This document shows positions 10,034-20,062 of a stretch of 53,516 bases of DNA, in pieces. Positions within the stretch are counted from its first letter, which is position 1. Each line of letters begins with the position of its first letter. The notes under the pieces were generated by a model, which saw only the letters and a list, made by a program, of their open reading frames with translations, was not told the origin of the DNA and ran no database searches. The position numbers were made by a program, and so were the translations under genes. This DNA comes from Planctomycetia bacterium (GTDB lineage Bacteria; Planctomycetota; Planctomycetia; Pirellulales; UBA7805): assembly GCA_021413585.1 (NCBI GenBank), contig JAIOQB010000356.1, forward strand, positions 1 through 53,516, read 5' to 3'.

Positions 10034-10864
10034 ATGCGACGACTGTGCCTGGGTATGGCCATTCTTGCCACGACGCTGCTGGCGCCGTCGGCTCTCCGCG
10101 CAAGCGATACGGAAATCGCCCAGCAAATTGTCAATGTCATGGAGCGCAGCCAGGCATTGCACGATTACGATGTCTCCGTGCGATTCAACAACGGCACCGC
10201 CTACCTGCGCGGCACCGTGCAGGACCAGCGGCAAATGGCCACGGCGGTTTCGATCGCCCAGGCCTGCCCGCAGGTGAAGAACGTCATCAACGAAATCCAG
10301 ATCAGCCCCCCTGCCGGCGCCACCAGCGGTGAGGCCACGGCCTCGGGTCGCTTGACGGGCTTCACCCAGCAGGATGGCCCGCTAGCACCGCAAGGCGATT
10401 CGTCGGCCACGCCGACGTTTGTCTCGCATTCCAGCGGCAATGCCAGCCAGGCTCCGTCGCCGCCGCCGCGTCGCGGACCGGTGCCGATGGCCCAGAGCAA
10501 CTTGGGTGGCGCCCCGCCGCAACGGCTCGCTCAGAACGGCCCCCCGGCCATGATGAACCCCGCCATGATGAACGCTGGCCCGGCCCCGATGGGTGGCAAC
10601 GCGATGCCTCGCCCGGCCTACGTCCCCGGCACGGGTGGTGGCGTTGCTCGCGCTGCTTACGATCAGCCGTCGATGCCCGGCTATGCCTGGCCCAGCTACG
10701 CGGCTCATCCGAACTATGCCGCGTTGACTTACCCGAAGCAATACTCGCCGACCGCCTGGCCGTACATCGGCCCGTTCTATCCCTACCCGCAAGTTCCGAT
10801 GGGCTGGCGGAAGGTGTCGTTGCAGTGGCGGAATGGCTGGTGGTTCCTGGACTTCAAAGACTAA
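10034..10864 (+). CDS. Secreted BON-domain protein with Pro/aromatic-rich C-terminal domain
   Basis: Signal peptide; BON motif (DVSVRFNNGTAYLRGTV...VKNVINEI); C-terminal AWPYIGPFYPYPQVP...WWFLDF; GGAGG SD. Confidence 0.85.
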   Translation: MRRLCLGMAILATTLLAPSALRASDTEIAQQIVNVMERSQALHDYDVSVRFNNGTAYLRGTVQDQRQMATAVSIAQACPQVKNVINEIQISPPAGATSGEATASGRLTGFTQQDGPLAPQGDSSATPTFVSHSSGNASQAPSPPPRRGPVPMAQSNLGGAPPQRLAQNGPPAMMNPAMMNAGPAPMGGNAMPRPAYVPGTGGGVARAAYDQPSMPGYAWPSYAAHPNYAALTYPKQYSPTAWPYIGPFYPYPQVPMGWRKVSLQWRNGWWFLDFKD

Positions 10865-10900
10865 ACGACGAACAACTGTTCGCCGCACGATAAAGCACAC

Positions 10901-10944
10901 CTGGCCCCCGCTGCGGAACGCTCCGCCGCGGGGGCCAGATTTTT
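10901..10944 (+). terminator. Rho-independent terminator-like hairpin
   Basis: ctggcccc-cg...cg-ggggccag followed by attttt, downstream of the BON gene. Confidence 0.55.
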
Positions 10945-11247
10945 GCGCGGAGAGTACCCATCACGCTTCGCGTGATGCATTTTCACGCGCCGCCCACTAA
11001 CCATCCACTCGCGGAGCGTGAGGGGTACTATGACGCCAGCAATGACGCCAGTGACTTCACCACTGAAGCACGCTTCCATCGGAAATTTCGTCAAAGACGG
11101 AAAATCCCGCAAGTTCGACCCAGATTAACACGATAACAAGGCCATGGAAACGCGGTCGGTGACTCGCATCGATCGCGCCAGCGGACATTGGCACGGCTCA
11201 CGAGGGCCGTGGGATGACAAGCAAGTCAGTTTGCAACGAGGTTGTTC

Positions 11248-11823
11248 ATGTCGACTTTCAAGTCCTCAGCTCTGCTGGCGATCTTCGCGGGCGTGTGCAT
11301 CTTTGGAGGCACCGGCTGCGGCGTGACGGTGATTGGTCCGCAATTGGGGGTCGTCTCGATCCCGATTCCGATCAGCCCTTACCTCCAGGATCGTGAAGAG
11401 AACAAAGCCCGCTGGAAGCTCCGCTACAAAGACACGCCGATTCTCGGCCCGCTGACCGCCGAAGGGCCGGATATCGGAATGGATCCCCCCAGCGACGAGC
11501 AGGTGATGATGGCCTTTGAGAAGGCCCGCCCCGTGGCCGGCGGACTGCCGTTCCTCTACGAGACGCAGCGCAACAACGTGCGGATCGTGAAAGACAAGAT
11601 CTCCGACTACATCGATCCGCCTCGCGTCTATCCCTTGATCGGCCCGGCCCAGGTCCACCACGTTCACTACAAGTGCACGATCTACTTCACGCAGAAGGAT
11701 CGCGTGGGCTGGCCCATCCCGTACACGAAGACGAACGACGACGGTGCTGAAGTGATCTACATCGACAAGGACCACTTCCACATGGTCGGCAACGTCAACA
11801 CCGGAGCCGGAGCGAACTTCTAA
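11248..11823 (+). CDS. Hypothetical lipoprotein
   Basis: Signal peptide ending GTGC; high-GC3 codon usage; ~191 aa. Confidence 0.75.
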   Translation: MSTFKSSALLAIFAGVCIFGGTGCGVTVIGPQLGVVSIPIPISPYLQDREENKARWKLRYKDTPILGPLTAEGPDIGMDPPSDEQVMMAFEKARPVAGGLPFLYETQRNNVRIVKDKISDYIDPPRVYPLIGPAQVHHVHYKCTIYFTQKDRVGWPIPYTKTNDDGAEVIYIDKDHFHMVGNVNTGAGANF

Positions 11824-11979
11824 GCGAGGTTTGCCAAAGGGTGCCCGGGGCAACGCCCGAGCCACTCAACATCAAAATGCGAAACCGCGAGCAGCCCGGG
11901 GCGATTTCCCCGGGCTCTCCCGCTTATATCCGACTAGCCTCCTCGTCGAGCAGGTATTGAATTGAAGCAAGGAGGTCCG

Positions 11980-14973
11980 ATGGACCGCCGAGTGCGAATC
12001 TTGGAATGGGCGCTGGCGATCATCGGCCTGCTGTTGCTGGCCGCCGCTGCCCGTGCGGACGAAGGGGACGACCTCTACACGGTCGGCGCTTCGCACTACG
12101 CCGCCGGCCGCTGGGATCTGGCCGCCACGGAATTCCAATCGCTGCTCAGCCGTCATCCGCAACACACGCGGGCCACCGAGGCGGAGTTCTTCCTGGGCGA
12201 AAGCCTGTCGCAATCGCACCACTACCGCGAAGCGGCCGACGCCTACGCCCGACTGCTCAATCAAAAGCCGCCGCAACGACTGGTCGGCCGGGCCCTGTTC
12301 CGCCGGGGCGAAGCGCTTTACCTGGCAGGGGATTCAAAGCAAGCCGAGCAGGTTCTCGGCCAGTTCCTTGAATCCTATTCCAACGACCCGGCCACCGCTC
12401 ACGCGCTGTTCTATCGCGGCGCCTCGCTCTTGGACTTGAACCGGGCAGCGGAAGCCCAGCCGTTGTTTGAGCGGGTGCTGGCTAAATCGGCTTCCGGGAA
12501 CCTGACGGATCTGTGCCGTCTTGGCCGAGCCCAAGCCGCCGAACGGCAATCGCATTTCGACCAGGCCGCGGAAGGATATCAGCAACTCCTCGCGGCAGCG
12601 AATTCTTCGACCGCCGGCCAGGCCCGCCTGCGGCTGGGGATGCTCGAAGCCCGCCGGCAGCACTATGCCGCGGCGATCAAGCTGCTCAAACCGCTGATGG
12701 CCGACAAGGCGAATGCAAAGTCCTCCGAGATCGCTACTGACGATGCCCACTATTGGCTGGCGATCAGCTATCAAGCCGCGGGCGAGCATCAGGCCGCGCT
12801 CGATCTATTCCTCCCGATGACTTCTGTGACCGGGCCACGAACCGATGAAGCCCGGTTCCGAGCAGGCAGCGCGATGGCGTCACTGGGCCAACGCCCCGCC
12901 GCCCACGCGATGTTCGAGCAAATCGGAGCGAAAAGCGACTGGGCCGATCAAGCGTTGTGCGGCCGAGTGCAGATTGCGGCCGCCGATGGCGACGATAGCG
13001 AAATGCTCCGGCGGCTGTTCGATTTGCAAAAACAATATCCCAAGAGCGAACTGATCGCTCCGGCGACGGAAATCGCCGCGCAGCGATTGGCTAAATCGGA
13101 TCGGATCGGCCCGAGCATCGAACTGCTGGAGCGTCAAGCGGCCGCAGACAGCGGCACGCCCTGCTGGCCCTATCTGCTAGCGGTCGCCTACTCCGCCGAG
13201 CGTCGCTACGCCGACGCCCTGACGCAGCTCGATCGCGTGTTGAAATCGTCTGACGAAACATTCAAGCCGAATGCCCTGGCGTGCCAGGGGAAGGCACTGG
13301 TCGCATTGGGCCGGTTTGCCGACGCCGCCAGTCCTTTGGCCGAATACGTGCGGCTGCGGCCCGCCGGAATCCACGCCTCCACTTGCCGCGGTTATCTGGC
13401 CGTCTGCTACGTTCGCACAAAGCATGTGCCCGAAGCCCGCGAATTGGATGCGCAGTTAGAAGCGAAAACCAGCCAGGATCCGTCCCGCCCGACCGCCACG
13501 CTGGCCCTGGCCGAAGCGGCATTGTCCGCAGGCGAACTGGCCTGGTCGGAGTCGTTGTTCCAACGGGTCATCGATCGGGACGGCCCGATCGACTTGCAAA
13601 CCCGCGCACTCGCCGGGTTGGCCAAGTGCCAACTCTCCGCCGGCCGCCACGCCGACGCCGCGGTCACCGCCGACATCTTGTTGGCCTGCAAACCTTCCGC
13701 GCCCATGGCCACCAGAGCGTACATGACGCAAGCCATCGCGTTGGAAAAGCTGGGGCGTCGCGACGAAGCCCTGGTCGATTTTCAACATGTAATTGACCAA
13801 ACGGCCCAACATCCGCCCGCCTCTGGGGAATCCACCAACCCGCAGAATGCCATGAAACGCGAACTGCCCATCGCCCTGCTGCGAGCCGCCACCATCCTGG
13901 AAGCGAAGGGGCAGCCGGCCGACTCCCTGAAGCTCTACGATCAACTGCTGGCCGATTGCCCCAGCGCCCTGGAAGTGGACGCCGCGCTGTATCAATCGGC
14001 GTGGCTGCTCGAAAGTCAAAAGCAGCACGACGACGCCCAGGCCCGCTTCAAGACGCTGCACGAAAAACATCCGCAGAGCCGATTTTGGGCCGACGCCACG
14101 TATCGCCTGGCCGCGGCCGCACTAAAGGCTAAGCAGTACGACGAGGCGCACCAACTGATCGGCCGTCTGGCCACCACGCGGCCGGCCGAAGACGTGCTGG
14201 CCCACGCGCTGCTGCTCGACGGCGAGCGGGCCGCCGCCCAGGGCCAATGGCAGGAAGCGGGCGAGATCATGGCCAGCCTGCTCGCCCGTCATCCGAACGA
14301 CGATGTCCGCATCCCGGCCGAGTTCTGGCAGGCCGAAGCGGCGTATCACCAGGAACATTTTGACGAAGCCCGGCAAGGTTTCAACAATCTGGCCAAGCAG
14401 CCCGCCAATCAAATCGAAGCCTGGGCGTGCCTGATTTCGCTCCGCCGCGGCCAGCTCGCCGCGATGGCGAAAGATTGGCTCAACGCCGGCCAACTGGCTC
14501 AAGGGCTGCGAGAAAATCATCCCGACTTCGACCAGCAATTTGAAGTCGACTATCTACTGGGTCGCTGCCTGATGTCGGAGGCTCGGTTTGACGAGGCGCG
14601 CAAGGCCTTCGAACGCGTGACCGCGTCGGAGACTGGCGGCAAGACTGAAACCGCCGCCATGGCGCGGTGGATGATCGGCGAAACGCTGATGCACCAGCAG
14701 TTGCACGAACTGGCGGTCCGCGAATATCTGCGGGCGGAAGCGCTCTACGCGTATCCCCGTTGGCAAGCCGCCTCGCTGCTGCAAGCGGGCAAATGTTACG
14801 AGCAACTCCGCCGCTGGGACGACGCGGCCGCGCTGTACAACCGCATCGTCAGCCAGTACGGGCAAACGATGTTCCGCGACGAGGCCCAAACACGCATGAA
14901 ATCGCTACAGCGCCAGATCGGCCAGCAAGGGACGCGGCAACAAGCGGCACGGCCGACGACTCCGACCAAATGA
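11980..14973 (+). CDS. Large secreted TPR-repeat protein (YbgF/CpoB-like repeats)
   Basis: Signal peptide (AARA), many TPR units (AEFFLGESL, ALFRRGEALY, LLQAGKCYEQL); GGAGG SD. Confidence 0.85.
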   Translation: MDRRVRILEWALAIIGLLLLAAAARADEGDDLYTVGASHYAAGRWDLAATEFQSLLSRHPQHTRATEAEFFLGESLSQSHHYREAADAYARLLNQKPPQRLVGRALFRRGEALYLAGDSKQAEQVLGQFLESYSNDPATAHALFYRGASLLDLNRAAEAQPLFERVLAKSASGNLTDLCRLGRAQAAERQSHFDQAAEGYQQLLAAANSSTAGQARLRLGMLEARRQHYAAAIKLLKPLMADKANAKSSEIATDDAHYWLAISYQAAGEHQAALDLFLPMTSVTGPRTDEARFRAGSAMASLGQRPAAHAMFEQIGAKSDWADQALCGRVQIAAADGDDSEMLRRLFDLQKQYPKSELIAPATEIAAQRLAKSDRIGPSIELLERQAAADSGTPCWPYLLAVAYSAERRYADALTQLDRVLKSSDETFKPNALACQGKALVALGRFADAASPLAEYVRLRPAGIHASTCRGYLAVCYVRTKHVPEARELDAQLEAKTSQDPSRPTATLALAEAALSAGELAWSESLFQRVIDRDGPIDLQTRALAGLAKCQLSAGRHADAAVTADILLACKPSAPMATRAYMTQAIALEKLGRRDEALVDFQHVIDQTAQHPPASGESTNPQNAMKRELPIALLRAATILEAKGQPADSLKLYDQLLADCPSALEVDAALYQSAWLLESQKQHDDAQARFKTLHEKHPQSRFWADATYRLAAAALKAKQYDEAHQLIGRLATTRPAEDVLAHALLLDGERAAAQGQWQEAGEIMASLLARHPNDDVRIPAEFWQAEAAYHQEHFDEARQGFNNLAKQPANQIEAWACLISLRRGQLAAMAKDWLNAGQLAQGLRENHPDFDQQFEVDYLLGRCLMSEARFDEARKAFERVTASETGGKTETAAMARWMIGETLMHQQLHELAVREYLRAEALYAYPRWQAASLLQAGKCYEQLRRWDDAAALYNRIVSQYGQTMFRDEAQTRMKSLQRQIGQQGTRQQAARPTTPTK

Positions 14974-14988
14974 TCACGAAGACAAAGA

Positions 14989-15053
14989 GGGTGCCTGGGA
15001 CAACGCCCCAGCTGTGGCAAGTCGAAACTACTGGGGCGTTGCCCCAGGCACCC
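14989..15053. repeat. REP-like palindrome
   Basis: gggtgcctgggacaacgccccag ... ctggggcgttgccccaggcaccc; a related left arm at 11839-11862. Confidence 0.75.
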
Positions 15054-15111
15054 AGCTTGGCACCCAATACATAACTTTCGGCGTTCACATCGATAGCTAA
15101 GGAAACGTGTC

Positions 15112-15990
15112 ATGCATCTGAATCATCGAACCACCGGCTGGCATTGGAATCGGCAGGCCATCGCCTGGTTTATCGCGCTCGCGGTGGCGTGCGTCTCGTG
15201 GCCGCTGTTGGCCCGGGCAGAAGAAGGCCCGCAGCCGGGTAAGTCGGCCATCCCGGTGGAAGCGGCCCCTTCGCCGAGCGATCTGGCCCCCAGCAATCAA
15301 TCGCCAGTGAAAGCGATCATCCCGCATCGCAATCTGTTCGTGCTGGCGAAAGAAGGCGGACCGGTGATGATTCCGATTCTCGCCTGCTCGATCATTATGT
15401 TGCTGTTCACGTTCGAGCGGCTGATCAGCCTCCGCCGCGGCCGGATCATCCCCAAGCCGTTCGTGAAGAAGTTTCTGCATCAATTGCGCGAAGGGCAATT
15501 CGACCGCGAAGAAGCGCTGGAGTTCTGCCAGCACAACCGCAGCGTGATTGCCGCCGTGTTCGCCGCCGCGGTGCGGAAGTGGGGCCGCCCCGCCGTCGAA
15601 GTTGAGCAGGCGATCCTGGACGCCGGCGAACGAGCCGCCAACAAGCTCCGCCGCAACCTGCGGCTGCTTAACGGCGTGGCCACGGTCTGTCCGCTGTTGG
15701 GTTTGCTCGGCACGGTGTATGGCATGATCACGTCGTTCAACGAGATCGCCAACTCCGACGCCATCGGTCGGCCAGAACTCCTCGCCGGCGGCATCGGCAT
15801 GGCCCTGCTCGCCACCGCGTTCGGCCTGACCATCGCCATTCCGTCGCTGGTGGCCTACATGTACTTCCTGGGCCGCGTCGACCGCCTGGTGATGGACATC
15901 GACGCCCTAGGGCAAGAAGTCGTCTCGTCCATCTCGGCCGAAGACCTGGCGGACCGGGAGAGCCGACCGAGGAAGAAGAAAGCGGCGTGA
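15112..15990 (+). CDS. MotA/TolQ/ExbB proton channel family protein
   Basis: [39 protein letters not shown]. Confidence 0.92.
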   Translation: MHLNHRTTGWHWNRQAIAWFIALAVACVSWPLLARAEEGPQPGKSAIPVEAAPSPSDLAPSNQSPVKAIIPHRNLFVLAKEGGPVMIPILACSIIMLLFTFERLISLRRGRIIPKPFVKKFLHQLREGQFDREEALEFCQHNRSVIAAVFAAAVRKWGRPAVEVEQAILDAGERAANKLRRNLRLLNGVATVCPLLGLLGTVYGMITSFNEIANSDAIGRPELLAGGIGMALLATAFGLTIAIPSLVAYMYFLGRVDRLVMDIDALGQEVVSSISAEDLADRESRPRKKKAA

Positions 15991-16023
15991 GTCGATTTGA
16001 AAAGGTGAACGGGAGAGGCGGCA

Positions 16024-16103
16024 AATGACCAATCACCAAATTCCAATAACCAATATTGGAGCGCACACGTTATTGGAGATTGGAATCTTGGTCATTGGTC
16101 ATT
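16024..16103. repeat. Heptamer-based inverted repeat
   Basis: aatgaccaatcaccaaattccaataaccaata ... tattggagattggaatcttggtcattggtcatt. Confidence 0.7.
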
Positions 16104-16160
16104 AGCTCACCTCTGTGGTTCAAACAGCCATACCAGTCCGCAAGCACGAAAGCCACTACC

Positions 16161-16577
16161 ATGCCGCTGAAGGTTCATCTCGAGGATCAGCCCACGCTGA
16201 ACCTGACGTCGTTGATCGACGTCTTGTTCCTGTTGATCATCTTCTTCATGGTTGGCACGCGGTTCGTGCAGACTGAGCGGAAGTTGAACTTGCAGGTGCC
16301 GGTGGTCTCGGACAAGGGGACGCTTTCGGCCGCGCCCGAGAAGCGAATCGTCAATGTTTACCGGACCGGCCAGGTCGCGCTCGACGGCCAGATGGTCAGT
16401 TTGGTTGAACTCACGGCGCGGCTCTCCGCGGCCCGAAGCCAATATCAGGACTTAGGCGTGCTGGTGCGCGGCGATGCCGACGGCACTTTTCAGACGGTGG
16501 CGGGCGTGCTCAACGCCTGTCGCCAGGCCGGTGTTACGCGACTCGCCGTCGCGGTCCGCTCGACTTCCGAAAGATAA
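16161..16577 (+). CDS. exbD: ExbD/TolR family biopolymer transport protein
   Basis: LNLTSLIDVLFLLIIFFMV (essential Asp), VLVRGDA. Confidence 0.9.
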   Translation: MPLKVHLEDQPTLNLTSLIDVLFLLIIFFMVGTRFVQTERKLNLQVPVVSDKGTLSAAPEKRIVNVYRTGQVALDGQMVSLVELTARLSAARSQYQDLGVLVRGDADGTFQTVAGVLNACRQAGVTRLAVAVRSTSER

Positions 16578-16619
16578 CGATTCCGAAAGATAGAAAACGG
16601 TTCCGAAAGTTAACGCCCA

Positions 16620-18635
16620 ATGGGCTCTGTCCCGCTACTTCTTGGCGCCATGTCGCACGCAGCCCAAGTGGCCTGGGTGCTGGTCTGGCTCGTGCTTGTC
16701 ACCTTGCTGGTGGCGGCGCTGGTGGTGTTGGCGCTCTCGAAGTGGGGCCGCTCGCAGCCGATCCGGATCTGCGCCGTCCTGTCGCTGCTAAGCCACGTGC
16801 TGCTGGCCGGCTATGCCGCCACGATTCAGATCGTCGGCGACGTCGTGCCCGGCAGCGGCTTTGGCCCGATGTCGGTATCGATTGTTGACGACCGCGGCAG
16901 CCCCACCGGCGATCCTACTGCAAAGCACTCGGCCTCTGGCGAGACGATTTCCAACAGCCAGGAACCCTGGAACCAGTTCGCCGCGGACGAGCCGGCACCG
17001 GCCGTTGTCGCTCAATTGCCGCGCGCCGCGGCGCCTCCCGACCTGCTGGCCAAAGCCGAACCGAGCGAGCCGCCGCCACTGCTGGCTGAATCGGTGGACA
17101 AAACCCCCGCGGCGCCCCCTGCCGTCGCGCCGCCGGTAAAAATGTCGGAACCCAAGCTGGCCCGGATGCCGCTGGCTGAAATCGCGCCGGCCGCCCAGCC
17201 CAACCCGATTGACGTGCAGCCCGCCAAGTCGCAAGCGCCGCCAACCGCCGGCCCCGCGTCCTCTGGCCCGTCGCGCGTGGCGGTCGATCAAAAGGATCCG
17301 GAAGGGCCGCCCGCTGGCGACGATTTGCCACTACTCGATCGCATGACCAACGCGCCCGCCGCATCGAACGCGGCAACGGGGCCGGTCACGCCCAACATCA
17401 CCGGCACAGAAGTGGCAATTGCCTCGGCGATTCCTTCTCCTCGAATCGCCGGCAACGCCGCCGACGCCCACTCGACCAGCACAACCAACGGAACCGGCCT
17501 GCGAGCCGCCGCCACGGGTGGCCCCGCGAACCTGCCGGCCGTGCCGGAGCCGTATCGTCTGCGCGTCGACGCCAATCGTTCGACTCAAGCAGCGCGCAAC
17601 GGCGGCAGCCCAGAGGCGGAAGCGGCCGTGCAAGGCGGCCTGCGGTGGCTCGTGATGGGACAATCGGAAGATGGCCGCTGGGACTGCGCCAAGCACGGCG
17701 GCGGCGGCGAATCGCAAGTTGGCGGCAACGATCGCCACGGCGCCGGCGCCACGGCCGACAGCGCCATGACCGGGCTGGCGCTGCTGGCCCTGCTCGGCTC
17801 GGGCAACACGCATCAGGAAGGCCCGTACCAGGAAAACGTCCGCCGCGGCTTGCAGTATCTGCTGCGAATCCAAAAGGCGGACGGCTCACTCTCCGGCGAT
17901 GCTCGGCTGTTCGAGGCGATGTACTGCCACGGCATGGCCACGTTCGCCTTGAGCGAAGCGTTCGCCATGACTGGCGATAAGCGGCTGCAGCCGGCGGTCT
18001 CGCGGGCAGTGGCGTTCATTCTGGCTTCGCAGCATCCCACCACCGGCGGCTGGCGATATCAACCGGGCGACCCCGGCGACACCAGCCAACTCGGCTGGCA
18101 AGTGATGGCGCTGCGCAGCGCCGAACTAGGCGGCATCCAAGTTCCGCCCCGCTGCCGCGAAGGGATCAGCCGATTCCTGGGCACCGTCGCTTCCGGCGAG
18201 CGCGGCGGTCTGGCCAGCTACCGCCCCGGCGAGCGGGTCAGCCGCACGATGACGGCCGAAGCCCTGGCGTGCCGCGAGTTCATGAGTCTGGCCGAGCCGG
18301 CGCGCAGCCGCGAAGCGGCGGACTACGTAGTCGAACAGCTTCCGGGCGAAGGCGAAGCGAACCTCTATTACTGGTACTATGCCACGCTCTCGCTGTATCA
18401 GATGCAGGACGACCACTGGCACCGCTGGAACGAAGCGATGCAGCGCACACTGATCGGTTCGCAGCGCCACGACGGCGACTTCGCCGGCAGTTGGGACGCC
18501 GACACGGTGTGGGGCAACTACGGCGGTCGCGTCTACTCCACGGCCCTCTCCACGCTCTGCCTGGAAGTGTATTACCGCTACCTGCCGATCTACAACGCCA
18601 ATGCCCACGGCGCCGCGCATACGCCGACGCGCTGA
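16620..18635 (+). CDS. Membrane-anchored protein with Pro/Ala-rich linker and C-terminal prenyltransferase/squalene-cyclase-like (alpha/alpha)6 domain
   Basis: TM helix with SLLSH, long P/A-rich linker, repeats QSEDGRW, QKADGSL, GGWRY, GSWD, GGRVYSTALSTLCLEVYYRY. Confidence 0.8.
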   Translation: MGSVPLLLGAMSHAAQVAWVLVWLVLVTLLVAALVVLALSKWGRSQPIRICAVLSLLSHVLLAGYAATIQIVGDVVPGSGFGPMSVSIVDDRGSPTGDPTAKHSASGETISNSQEPWNQFAADEPAPAVVAQLPRAAAPPDLLAKAEPSEPPPLLAESVDKTPAAPPAVAPPVKMSEPKLARMPLAEIAPAAQPNPIDVQPAKSQAPPTAGPASSGPSRVAVDQKDPEGPPAGDDLPLLDRMTNAPAASNAATGPVTPNITGTEVAIASAIPSPRIAGNAADAHSTSTTNGTGLRAAATGGPANLPAVPEPYRLRVDANRSTQAARNGGSPEAEAAVQGGLRWLVMGQSEDGRWDCAKHGGGGESQVGGNDRHGAGATADSAMTGLALLALLGSGNTHQEGPYQENVRRGLQYLLRIQKADGSLSGDARLFEAMYCHGMATFALSEAFAMTGDKRLQPAVSRAVAFILASQHPTTGGWRYQPGDPGDTSQLGWQVMALRSAELGGIQVPPRCREGISRFLGTVASGERGGLASYRPGERVSRTMTAEALACREFMSLAEPARSREAADYVVEQLPGEGEANLYYWYYATLSLYQMQDDHWHRWNEAMQRTLIGSQRHDGDFAGSWDADTVWGNYGGRVYSTALSTLCLEVYYRYLPIYNANAHGAAHTPTR

Positions 18636-19014
18636 GCGCAGTGAAGCCCGCCGTAGGTTGCGCCTGCCGGGCGGTACCTGAATTGCAAGTTGACGTGCAA
18701 ACAACTCGCTGCGCGACCCCCGGGCGGAGCCCGGGGCTATTGACGGCGTTCCCAGCCCCCCAATCGCCAACGTCCTTTCGGAATGGGACGGTTTTACCGC
18801 GCCGCGGCCCGCTGTTTACCCCAAATTGACGCCGAATACGGTCCGCCGCGGCTTCGGCCAGTTTGACAGCCGCGACCCGTTCGGTAAGAATTGAACATAG
18901 CAGTCATCGCGAGGATTGCAGACCCGGGCGGCCTGACCCGGCGGGGTGGTGTTCCCGCCGGCGATACATGTGGACGTACCGAAGTTTCCCGCGATGACCG
19001 AAGCGACGTTGGCA

Positions 19015-19167
19015 ATGACATCGCTGTTCGCTTTCGACATAAATTCGCTGCACATGGCGATCCTGGCAGCGATCGTCGTTCTTTTGTTTGGCACTCGTTT
19101 GCCCAGCGTCATGCGCTCGTTGGGAAATGGATTTCGGGGCGGTCCCCCCGGTGCCCCACTCGCATAA
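19015..19167 (+). CDS. Short TatA-like paralog, C-terminally truncated
   Basis: IVVLLFGTRLPSVMRSLG, nearly identical to the 5' half of the next gene. Confidence 0.5.
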   Translation: MTSLFAFDINSLHMAILAAIVVLLFGTRLPSVMRSLGNGFRGGPPGAPLA

Positions 19168-19188
19168 TTAACCAGAGCGAGGTTTACT

Positions 19189-19446
19189 ATGGCTCCACTA
19201 TTTGCGTTTGACTTGAACCCCCTGCACTTGATGATCCTGGCAGCGATCGTCTTCCTGCTCTTCGGCAACCGTTTGCCCAGTGCCATGCGGTCGCTGGGCC
19301 GCGGCGTGGTCGAGTTCAAGAAGGGAATGCAGGGAATTGACGACGACGAGACGGGCACGGGCACCAAGCCGGCCGTCGAGCATCGCGACGCAGAACCGCG
19401 CCGCGAGCCCGAAACGGTTGAAAAGAAGCCGAACACAACCGGCTGA
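19189..19446 (+). CDS. tatA: Twin-arginine translocase subunit TatA/TatE
   Basis: FLLFGNRLPSAMRSLGRGVVEFKKG. Confidence 0.88.
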   Translation: MAPLFAFDLNPLHLMILAAIVFLLFGNRLPSAMRSLGRGVVEFKKGMQGIDDDETGTGTKPAVEHRDAEPRREPETVEKKPNTTG

Positions 19447-19501
19447 GCGCTCCCCCGCCTGACAGTTCCTCGCCTCGCCGCTTCCTTTGCCGGTGCTTCC
19501 C

Positions 19502-19924
19502 ATGCCGCTGCCTGCTAACGCTCTGCCGCCGCTTTTTGGCTTGTTCGATCTCGAGCCGGTGCCGCTGTTGATCATTGGCGTGATCGCCGTGATGCTCTAC
19601 GGCAAGCGATTGCCCGAGGTGGCCCGCACCGTGGGCAAGAACATCGCGGAGTTCAAGAAAAATCTTCATGGGCTGGGGGCCCATCTAGATTTCGACCAGG
19701 AGCCGCAGCCCAAGCGTGTGTCGTATCAATCAAACGTCGACGACTACGCCGCCGCCAGCGCCCCGAAGTTCGAGCCGCCGGCGGAAGAGCCGGCGCCAAA
19801 CCCACCTCACTCAGATATGCCCGCGCCTGCCGACGCGGCGCACGCTTCTTCCCCCGATCCGGCGCCCGCTGCCCTGCCCTCCTCCGGCCCGCCGTCCACG
19901 TCCCCCTCCGCCCCCGTCAACTGA
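19502..19924 (+). CDS. TatA/TatB-family subunit with Pro-rich tail
   Basis: VMLYGKRLPEVARTVGKNIAEFKK. Confidence 0.8.
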   Translation: MPLPANALPPLFGLFDLEPVPLLIIGVIAVMLYGKRLPEVARTVGKNIAEFKKNLHGLGAHLDFDQEPQPKRVSYQSNVDDYAAASAPKFEPPAEEPAPNPPHSDMPAPADAAHASSPDPAPAALPSSGPPSTSPSAPVN

Positions 19925-19988
19925 TCCTTCATCCCACCGAGCCGGGCCGGTTGAACTGCCGCGTGGAATGCCGTATAAAACTGCACCG

Positions 19989-20062
19989 GGGCGTTTAGCT
20001 CAGTTGGTTAGAGCGCCTTCCTCACACGGAGGAGGTCACAGGTTCGAGTCCTGTAACGCCCA
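19989..20062 (+). tRNA. tRNA-Val(CAC), integration target
   Basis: GGGCGTT/AACGCCC acceptor stem, TAGCTCAGTTGGTTAGAGC D-arm, CCTTC-CTCACAC-GGAGG anticodon arm, GGTTCGAGTCC T-loop; CCA not encoded. Confidence 0.95.

Noticed and set aside
16565-16614. Three TTCCGAAAG copies at the exbD end
   Set aside because: Short local tandem duplication with no evidence of function.
16620-18635. True squalene-hopene cyclase
   Set aside because: Only one barrel and no DxDD catalytic motif seen.
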